Of a stretch of DNA of 64,000 nucleotides, positions 52,731 to 64,000 are shown in pieces. The notes beneath the pieces are model-generated. The model had not been told where the DNA came from, searched no databases, and was given only the letters and a program-made list of their open reading frames with translations. The stretch is taken from contig CM022671.1 in assembly GCA_012295275.1 (NCBI GenBank), positions 16,058,001 through 16,122,000 of the forward strand, given 5' to 3'. Position 1 is the stretch's first letter; the number at the start of each line of letters is the position of its first letter. This stretch comes from Chrysomallon squamiferum (taxonomy: Eukaryota; Animalia; Mollusca). Position numbers and translations under genes: made by a program.

Positions 52731-53803
52731 GATGTAAACAAATTTATTTTTCTTATTACTGTTTGTCTGCTTTCGTGAAAATAAGGATTTTCCGCCTTCA
52801 AATGGCTATCTCTTCTTTTTTTTTTAAATGAATGAGTGAATGAATGAATTTATTTATTTATTTATTGTTATTACTACTACAACTACTACTACTATTCACT
52901 TTCATATTTCTCATTCCAAAACATACGTTTTCACTCAATTATATTTGATTTTGTTTTTTTAAAAAAAAAAACATTTTGTCTCGGCATGTATTCTGAATAA
53001 CGTGCTTTACTTCTACCAGAGTCGGGCGCCTAGCTAACAAAACGCGTTTAGCTATTTAATACGGATTTATCTTAGATGGCAATTGTACCCAGTTATGTCA
53101 GACCCATTGAAGATTGTACGCTAGTCCGATAATACCCTTGTTCCACTGAGGCCAGTTACCGGGCAAAGAAACGCACTAACAAAAGCTTTTAGTTCTAAAA
53201 TTCGTTCCAAGTGAGTGAAGAAAAATCTATGGACTACAAAAGCTATCAATATGATTTGTGAACAACAAGAAAAAAAAGAAAAAAAAAAAAAATCAATTCT
53301 CTACCTGACATTTAGTTAACGTAGCAAGAAGTGATCTAAACGAGGTAAACTCGAGATTCGAAACTTGGAAGTCAGACAGACCAGTTTCTTGCTGTTGTTG
53401 TTGTTGTTGTTGTTGTTGTTACTACTACTACGACTACTGACACTTGGAAACAATAAAAACACACTGTGTTTGACTGGTGGTACTCGTACAATGGAGGGCG
53501 CTTCCTATTGAAGATGATTGTATTTCACAGATTTGTATCATTAGACGACTTCTATTAAAACACGGCTGACTGTGATTTGCCGGTGGTCTTTTTTTGTGTG
53601 ATATACGTTTCACCCGCGAATCCGTTTAGAGCAGTTTTTTTTATTGTTTTTTTTTTGTTTGTATTTTTTTTAAACTTGGTTTGCGCTGTGGAAAAAAAGG
53701 AAGAGGAGATAGATTCTCTACGTTTCTAGTTCATTATTATTTTTTATTTTTTTAATAAAACGTGCAGAGTTCTGTGATTTCTAAGTAACTGTTACTATGC
53801 AGG

Positions 53804-53947
53804 ATGAGTGGTATAGCTCTGCCGCCAATACCAGGGGCTGTCAAAGTGTCAACGTCCAGAATGTCCACCCCGGAGTGTAATTCCCGACCCTCGAGCGCTG
53901 GCAGCACCAACACAGTCTTCACCAACGTCCCCATGTCTACTTCAACA
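53804..53947 (+). CDS. Putative first coding exon of an unidentified gene
   Basis: GC-richer island with tgcag|g-ATG and donor |gtaagt; encodes MSGIALPPIPGAVKVSTSRMSTPECNSRPSSAGSTNTVFTNVPMSTST. Confidence 0.5.
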
Positions 53948-54993
53948 GTAAGTTCAGTTTTACCTGTCCTACACTGATTACTAGTCTTATCACGCACTGA
54001 TACTGATATATAAATACAATCGTGTGATAATAACCATTATACAGTGTTTAAATATTTACTCACAAGATAAATGTATTTAAAATAAATAAACACGTTCGTA
54101 AGACTGATATCATGTAAGGTGCGATACGTATTATGATGTATCTATGTATGTATGTATGTATGTATGTATGTATGTATGTATGTATGTATGTATATGGAAT
54201 GTATGTATGTATATATGTATGTATGTATTTATGTATGTATGTATGCATAAGACTGTGTTCGGTTAATTACTACTATGCAGAACAGTAAAATTAATCGTTT
54301 AAAATTATTTTAGATATTCATATTTCATTAATCATTTTATTTTCGATAGAAATAAAATATGTTAATTATTTTTAATATGTTTTGAAGAAGATAGTACCAC
54401 TCCTTAAAAAACAGTATTAGAATTACAGCTAATCCATTATTTTTCTCGTTCTTTTTAAAATTAAATTAAACTACATTTTAAAATTATTATTATTATTATT
54501 ATTATTTTTTTAGTTTTAGTACTAAATATTGCTTTAATTGCCATCAAAATGTCATAAAACGCAGTTTTAAACATTAGGTTCGAAAAGACACGAACATTTG
54601 CACTTGTTGGTGCGTGCAGGGTGTATGTTATATAAACGCTAAAAAGCCTAAAATAAATTGAAAAGTAAATGTCGATTAATTTAAGTCTGTGACATAAGTA
54701 GCTCCTATCTAAGCAATGCTGTTGATGAATCATTTATTACTTTCATTTCAAATCTTAATTCTTTCTCATTCGATAACAAAACTTGATTTTTTTTTTTTTT
54801 TACTGTAAGAATTATTATAAATGTGTTTGCTATTACACAAACAGTATTAAATATTATAAATTACGTAATTTATAATTACACGGATTCATTAAACATGAAT
54901 TCATGAGTTTATATGTAAATATAGGTCTTTCATATATCTTTCAGTGCGTGTTTGTATAAATTAATATATATGTATGTAGGTCTCGATATGCGG

Positions 54994-55035
<42 letters not shown>

Positions 55036-56050
55036 GTTATTATTATTTGTTGTTGTTGTTGTTGTTGACGTTATTATTATTATTATTAATTTACATCTAG
55101 TTTATCATCTAATAATTCGTATGAAAGATCAAAAATTAACAGGACATTAAATTATAAAAAGTCTCTTTATTCAATCGATTCCACATTAAACCCCTGACTT
55201 CCTACATAATTTCAGATTTTCCTTCTTTTTTTTTTCTTTCTTTCTTCTTTCTTTACTTTCTCTTCTTTCTTTCCTTACTTCCTTCTTTCTTTCTTTCTTT
55301 CTTAGTTCTCTCACTTATTCTCTGTTCTCCAGCTTTCTCAGTTTAATCAAACTTCCTTCTTTAAACGTTTCCCTCTTTCAATAATGCAGCTGACAAACCT
55401 GAATACACTGAGGCACTATGGATCACAGGTTTTACAGTTCTTGTGCCAGTAATATTCCATTCCAACCAGTGGCGCCAAGTCATCCTGTATACGTTTGTGT
55501 TAACTGATAAAAGGAAACCTTCCGCGGGTTTTTTCTCTTGTTTTCATAATACAACACAATTTATTCGAAACACGATATAATAAATAACATTAAACTGTTT
55601 CGTAAAAATACACTCATTCATTCATCCATACTTCAATTAATTTATTCGTTCCTTTCATCCATTCACCTCTACATGCATCTCTGACTGACCATATATCCAC
55701 CCGTCAACCATTAATTCATCCATCGATCTATTCCATCCATCCATTTCCTCCATCCATCCGTCCATTCATCGATTCATCATCTGTCCATTCATTCAGCCAT
55801 CTATACATATCCATTCGTTCGTTCGTTCATTCCTTTCATTCATTCATTCATTCGTTCATTCCTCTCTCCAACGTTAACTTTAACATTGTTACGACAAAAC
55901 CAAACTGACGACCTCTGTGACTGCGTTCATCTGATTACGAAGATAAATATTGAGTTACTTTGTGACTTACAGCCGAGAACAATTTCAGACATGCTGTTGC
56001 CTTAACACCAAGCCTTAACCCAGTAAACAGTAATTACTTAGGTCAACTAT

Positions 56051-56091
<41 letters not shown>

Positions 56092-57385
56092 TAATAATAA
56101 TAATATTTATGTAAGTTATATTACAGTATATTTCATTTTTATCAATACAAATTATTAAATGCTCTTTTTTTAGACCAGGCGTACATACATATCAACTTAG
56201 AAATCTGATCACTTTGAAATGTGAATTGTTGTCCTTAACAATATCTTTACAGATAGCTTCCAAAAAAAAAAAAAAACTCGTCTCTAGTAGGGGTTAGTGG
56301 TGGTTATTTTGTCTATGTTGGTATACCTCATTTTTTTACTCTTTTATTTTTTTTATTTTTAAGCTGATCAAATACTGAAAAGGTATTTTTGGGAGGGGTT
56401 AACGGGGGGAGTTGTTCAGCGTTGCTCTATTTTAGTAATAACTAAGCAAAACAAAAACATGTTAGCCTGTCTTTCAGATGAACAGATACCCGAGAACAAT
56501 TGTTGATTAACAAATACGGGTTGTTTAATATTACGAATAAGTATGTTAAATTATGTTATTAAGAAAGGTAAATCTGTGACGGATATTATGAATAGCTTGA
56601 CTAATTGTTAGAAAAGAAATCAGCACTAGGATTATTAATTACGTGTTATTTAACATAGCTTAAAACTTCTTTTTATAAAGTACTTGTAATTGTTTCTATT
56701 ATTATTATTATTTTTATTATTTTTAATATTCAGTGTTTTACGTCTGTTAAATTTGATTTCATATATGTTCATCAAACAACTATAGCAACAGAGATTTTTT
56801 ATCCTTTTTTTTTCAGTCATGATTTTTACCTTATGTTACTGGTATTATTACACACAGACAGAATTCTAGTTTCTTTTCTGTTCTACTCACAGTGTGATAG
56901 GACCAGCCTGACATACACTGACAACCTTTGCGACAGGATACATCTTGTGTTTTTAATTGTTTAATTTTATTTGTAAAAGAATTCTAAAAAAACCACCGTG
57001 TTTTTCATATGTTAACAGCGGCGTGCACTATGTAGTCAGTTGTTCCAGTACTTAGTATAGCTTTAATATTATGTTTTAATCGTCTGCGGATCGGAAGAGG
57101 GGTGTGGGTATGTGTGTGTGTGTGGGGGGCTGCTGCCCCCTATTATTGTTTCCATTTAATAAATAAATCACATTTTTGATTAATATATCATTTTACACTA
57201 TCCTGGACTGATCATTTTAAACATATTTAGAGAATCCCATTTTTTTTTTTTTTTTTATATGACACAAATCTTTTTTCTTTATTATTACTAATTAATTACT
57301 TACTTACTTACTTATTATTATTATTAATTATTTAATTTATTATTATTATTATTAGTATTATTATTAATTAATTAATTACTTAATA

Positions 57386-57440
<55 letters not shown>

Positions 57441-57737
57441 TTGTTTGTTTGTTTATATAATTTTTAATTTTCATTTTTGCTTTCAACAAAACGCGGGTTT
57501 CAGCTTGTTTGAGAATACAAAAGTCTGACCTACTGAAATTTACGTCACTGAGCTTGTAACGTGTTCTTCCAGTAGCCTCGTGTTTTGTCCACGCGGACTT
57601 ACGTGACAATTAGTTCACTGTTAAATTACAAACAAGCTCCTACATAACTGTACGCGTGCTGAACAACACAGAAGAACAAACAGAGCATCTAAAGAAATAA
57701 GACAGACAGAAATAAATCCCCAAATAAGGAAATCGAA

Positions 57738-57815
<78 letters not shown>

Positions 57816-57850
57816 AATAAATAGATAGGAAAATAAATAAACACTGAACA

Positions 57851-57932
<82 letters not shown>

Positions 57933-58427
57933 AGGAAAATAAATTTAAAAAACACATAAACACCAATCCAAACTATTTATTCTAAAGAGATGAATTTTAA
58001 CAGCAAATATAAATCTACTTGAAAATCAAAGCATTGAAAACAACAATAATAAAACTTAATTTATTTTACATAATGTTCGTTTTTCGTACAAAAAACCGGT
58101 CTCTTTGTCAGTCGAGCAAAATTTATTTTGTTTTTTTTTTCCCGTTTTTTGACTGCCAAACCAGTATTAATTGAAAATGTCAAACCACATTCTCACCATA
58201 GGAAATAATAATATTTTCAATACACCCACTGTAGACAAATACACTGTGACTCTCTCTTTCTTCGTAACTAGTGTACGTTTATATCTGTATGTATGTATGT
58301 ATATATATATATATTAGATACACTCTATATATATAAATATTTCCGGGGTTTTTCGTATTGTCCACCTATTATAAGATATATTAATAAAATCTGATCTATT
58401 TTCAACGCTGACATCATTTTTACGATC

Positions 58428-58563
<136 letters not shown>

Positions 58564-59143
58564 TTTATTTTCCTCTTTGCTCGTTTCTCTCAATCTCGAT
58601 GTCTCTCTCTCTCTCTAGTTTATAATCATTTTATCAGTTCACTACGGTAATGTTTATATTATTACGTCACAACAATCGTTGATATCCTATCAACAGCATG
58701 TAGTATAATTCAGGTTTTGACAGACAATCTTATAACCCAGCCATTAGTGACAAAGGTCAAAATTTAAGCCTTGATTCCTCTTATATCTGTGCGATTTTAA
58801 CAAGTCCGCTATGCGGCATTGACACATCGTCCGTTTTACGTAACAATTTCAAAGATTAGTTACTTTTCGATATCGTTAAGGGTCCGTGCATACGGGGCAA
58901 TTTGTTGTGATTGTAAAAATTTTGGTGTACATAAAACCGAAATTTTAAGCGTTTACGTTTGTTTTTAAAATTGTTCACATCTGCTGATGAATGAATACCA
59001 GTACATAATGAAATAAACGCACGGAAAAGATTTAAAAATAAATAAATAAATAATTAAATTTATATTCACACAAATGTATATAAACGTATTTCTAAAATAC
59101 AGTCTGATATATTTTCAATATTCACATCATTTTTACGATGTTA

Positions 59144-59244
<101 letters not shown>

Positions 59245-60099
59245 CCTCCCTCCCTCCCTCACCCCTCCCCTCCCCGGGGCTTTGAAGAATACCCTCATTC
59301 CAGAACCAATATAAATTTGTTGTAAAACATTTATGAGATCGACATTATGTAGCTATAATTTTAAAAGAGCTTGAAAAAGAGATTGAAATTTCAGTTATCA
59401 AACCTTAGTGGAATATAACTATATGGTTGGAGGTCAGACAAAAGTACCATCGATAACAATACAGACTCTAATTATTCCAGTGATTAATAATAACTAAACT
59501 GTATAAATGATTTACTTGTCCAGTTCGCAGATAGGTCTGTGACAATGATTAACAAAGAAACAAAAGCACAGATCAGTGAGTGTGTTATCTATACTTTGAA
59601 ACATTATTTAGGTACCACTGTACAACACAGCGCATTACTTTAATAGTTGTCAATAAAATTACATTAAAGTTTTATTATTATTGTCGAATGCTTTGCACTA
59701 CAGATTAATTGTATTTATTGATATTGATGAAGCTGCTGCTACTACTGTGACTATATCTGCTACTGCTATTTCTACTGCTGTTATTTCTACTACCCTTGCT
59801 ACAATGACTATAAAAGCTACAACTACTACTACTATATCTACTTTCACTACCTTCATTTTACTACTACTTCAGTTTTTACTATTTCTACTGCTTACTATCA
59901 TTACTTCTACTTCCAGTAATACTACAATTATTACTATGACGACCAAAGCTGTTATTAATACTACTGCATCCAGTAATATCAATAAATTTCTTACTGTTGT
60001 CGCCATTGTCTTTTTATTGTTATTGCTTGTCTAATTATTATTACTGTTATCATCATCATCATGATCACTATCATGATTATTATTATTATTATTTTATTA

Positions 60100-60495
60100 T
60101 TATCATTGCTGTTATTGTTACTATTGTTCTAGCTGCTGTTGTTGTTGTTACTATTGTTCTAGGTACTGCTGTTGTAATTGTTGTTATTGTTGTTACTATT
60201 GTTCTAGTTGCTGCTGTTGTAATTGTTGTTATTGTTGTTGTTACTACTGTTCTAGGTGCTGCTGTTGTATTTGTTGTTATTGTTGTTGTTACTATTGTTC
60301 TAGGTGCTGCTGTTGTTGTAACTGTTGTTATTATTGTCATTGCTCTTATTGTTACTATTGTTCTAGGTGCTGCTGTTGTAATTGTTGTTATTGTTGTTGT
60401 TACTCTTGTTCTAGGTGCTGCTGTTGTAACTGTTGTTATTGTTGTTGTTACTATTGTTCTTGGTGCTGTTGTTGTAATTGTTGTTATTGTTGTCA
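60100..60495. repeat. ~45-48-bp higher-order repeat derived from GTT/ATT trinucleotides
   Basis: Unit approx GTTGTTACTATTGTTCTAGGTGCTGCTGTTGTAATTGTTGTTATT, about 8 copies. Confidence 0.85.
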
Positions 60496-60502
60496 TTCAC
60501 AG

Positions 60503-60585
60503 ATTATACACACAACTCGTCAAGCCGCTCGTTTGCAAAGACACCTCGCCGTCTTCCCAGTCTGAACAACCCTCGCAGAAACTGT
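60503..60585 (+). CDS. Putative internal exon of an unidentified gene
   Basis: cacag acceptor and gtaagt donor; the phase-1 frame reads YTHNSSSRSFAKTPRRLPSLNNPRRNC. It is not phase-compatible with direct joining to 53947. Confidence 0.4.
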
Positions 60586-60695
60586 GTAAGTTGACACTTT
60601 ACTTTTCATAGCAAAACGTGTCTCTGCTTAATATCCCATAACTTGTGACATTGTCTGTAATATTCATACCATGTACACTTTTTTTTATTAAAAAC

Positions 60696-60860
<165 letters not shown>

Positions 60861-60876
60861 GCTATCTTTTTGTCAG

Positions 60877-60965
<89 letters not shown>

Positions 60966-62359
60966 ATCTGTATCTATATCTATATCTATATATACACACT
61001 CTATCCTATCTTCCATTCCCTCTTTATACATACACATAAAAACATACATACATAAATACAAACACACAGACACATAAACACACGCATAAACTTATTTAAT
61101 ACCACATATAATTATACATAATATGAATGCCTATACTGGATTGTGCATTTTATTAAACAGCTAGGTCTGTACGAATTCAATTGTACTATGTACTGTTATG
61201 TAGTTAGTCTGTATGTACACACACACACACACACACATAAAGAATATAATGTTGAGATGACCTAAGAACTGAACCTAATAATTGTCGACGTTCATAGACG
61301 TATGAATAATCTTAAAAGCCCGTTTATACTGTTTGAATGGATTGAGTTTTATCATAACTTTCATTTTATAGTGTGCTGTTCGGTTTATACGTCTTTAAAC
61401 GTCACATATTTGTCAGTGGGAATATTTATACATATACATATATTTACATGAAAGAATACACATGTATTTAATCATGAAAATCTTTTATAAATGGTCTGTA
61501 TGGCTGTCTAAATTAAAAATCCTGATCTGAAAAAGTTTGAAAGGACTAAATGTTTGATGTTGAATGTTTTATTTATTTGAAAGAGACACTGGTTTTGCGG
61601 CTAAAAAGCTGAAAATATTGTCAAAGTTCAATGGTTTCAGATATCTGAAATATTTGTTGTAAAGGCTGACTATAGATGATCATGGTTAGATGTTTAAAAA
61701 TAGGAAATTTCCTCAAAGGTGCCTATTTTGTTTTATACTAAATAATTCTAACAGCAAAAATAAATATAAAATAAAAAACGAAACGAACATTAGAAACAAA
61801 TGAAAAAATCAAAAAAATAGCAACACAAAAAAAAAAAAAAAAAAAAAATCAAAATTATAATAAATAAATAAATAAATAAATAAATAATGGTAATAAATAA
61901 TGTTAAGTAAAGTAATACAGTTATTATTATTTTTTATCTATTTCATAGATGTATACAGATATACACACACACACACAGGTACACAAAAGTACACATAGGT
62001 ACTACATACACAGTGAGACATACTATATTCCTATGGCTAAATAAAACACTTTGTAAATATGTTATCATTAAATCGATACACTATACTTCCTCCAGCATTT
62101 TTAATTTATTGATAACGTCTGTTTTGAGTGCTATAGAAATGTTTTACGCTTTCTGTACCAGCCGTTTTTTGTCCTTGCCTGAAAGGATAAAAATGCAGTG
62201 AAACGAACTCATACAAATAACATAAGTGGGCTGTCTTGCTTGCTCACAATAGTAACATCAAACCTGTCGTTTAGTCTGCCGATATAAAGTAATTTAGTTT
62301 ATGTGTTTATATATAATGAAATGTTTACAGTCACTGAAAGATAATCTGAATGCTATTCT

Positions 62360-62404
<45 letters not shown>

Positions 62405-62730
62405 GGACTCAGAGATAGAAAATAGATGGATGCCTGAGAGAGACACACACATCATCTATATGGCCTCAGAGATAAAATATACGGATGCGTGAGAGAGAAA
62501 AAAGATTGTCTAGTTTCTAAAACTAAACACTCACATTCACTCAGACTTAAACTACTACTATTACTACTACTACCACTAATAATAACAAAAACAACAACAA
62601 CAATAATAAAACAAGATAAAAAATCTATTCAGTCGTAAACTAATTAACATATTAACGTACACTAGTTTTACATATGCTAAAATTACAGATAATGCTGTAA
62701 TAGACAGTGCTATCTAATATTTGTATAATG

Positions 62731-62768
<38 letters not shown>

Positions 62769-63778
62769 TATTAACACGTAAGTCTAAAATATACATTCTT
62801 TATTTAATTTGACTCTCAGAAGTATTACGCAAGCTCTCAGTTTTCAAACTGTCTGACTGGAATGTTGTATAAAAGCTAATGAATAAATTCAGTGATAGTC
62901 CTTCACGTCAGTTTCCATAAATCAGCCGAAGTTAAATAAAAGAGGGGTTTAAAAAAGAAAAGCACGCTATTGTTAGCGGCGTGATTTACAAGGGGAAATA
63001 ACTCTCAACATAATTTGTTTGCAAATACTCGTGGTTACCGGATTTGTCCCGTATAAAGTTACCGCGATTAATTTGCTGAATAGTTTGTTCGTATTAATTA
63101 ACAAAGAACATAACAAAAGAGTATTTACGGTATGAAAGCTTTATAAATATTTATAACAGAAAGTTATACGTTTAACTGTAAAAGATAAATTCTTACATTA
63201 ACTATTTATTTACGAAACATTAGTACGGATTACGTCATACTAAGATTACGTAATGCAAGTTCCGAGCTCTAATTTCTACGTCTGGAAAGTTAGTTTATGA
63301 TCAGAAACACGTGATGTGATTACACAGAGGCGAGGAGAGAATAGCAGTTCATAAAAAGCCATACAAATATTGAACAAACTTTTCACAATCAATGAAATGT
63401 ATGGATTTTCAGATGAAATGAGCTGGTAATTAATCCTAACGACACGACGTTATTAATTAATCTATAAAGCAGGGGCAATTGTGTAGTTAGAGCTATTGAC
63501 TTTTCGTACCGCCTGAACACCATGAGCCTCTTACGATCTAAGTCTTCATGAGATACGTTCACACACAATGTTGTTTTAATAGCAGTTTAAACATAATTAG
63601 TGTCGATTGTATTTGAATAATTTATCAGACGCCTTTCCAAGCGGGTTAATACCTCTTATTATTTTTATAGAACCATTGCTGTCTTTTAATATATTTTTAA
63701 AAATAATTTCAACAAATTTTATCAAGAGAATAAATTTTTTATTTGCATTTTAGCCATAATAAAGCCAAGAGCACTTCT

Positions 63779-63905
<127 letters not shown>

Positions 63906-64000
63906 TTCCCTCTTCTGTCTGTGTGTATAAATATACTCGTTATGTTTTGGAAATTACTGTCATAGGGTAATATAAATTCTTTGTATGTGTTTATGTATAT

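Noticed and set aside
59997-60611. 204-aa hydrophobic ORF and antisense Thr-rich ORF
   Set aside because: Produced by a GTT/ATT-derived tandem repeat; only 60503-60585 looks exon-like.

Overview
Very AT-rich, microsatellite-dense eukaryotic (animal) genomic DNA with GT-AG spliced genes and no prokaryotic features. Gene content and repeat style suggest a mollusc, probably a gastropod (inference). Reading splice sites and phases by hand gives four multi-exon genes. (1) Minus strand ~181-1755: a small CUB-like single-pass membrane protein. (2) Plus strand 10031-20853: a secreted S1A serine protease with an N-terminal six-cysteine beta-defensin/big-defensin-like module, an RRKR|IVGG activation site and a non-trypsin S1 pocket. 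(3) Minus strand 27178-33409: an extracellular Cu/Zn superoxide dismutase that keeps all metal ligands and carries a long Met/His/Lys-rich N-terminal extension; up to three alternative signal-peptide first exons (33409, 34295, 35326) all end in phase 1. (4) Minus strand 36938-48016: a Cys-rich, probably GPI-anchored protein. Two further exon-like segments on the plus strand (53804-60585) may be the start of a fifth gene. Several exons carry single-base indels in or near homopolymers, most simply explained as long-read consensus errors. Introns hold several minisatellites and SINE-like remnants. Most ORFs in the supplied track are microsatellite artefacts. No homology searches were run; family calls rest on motifs read by eye.
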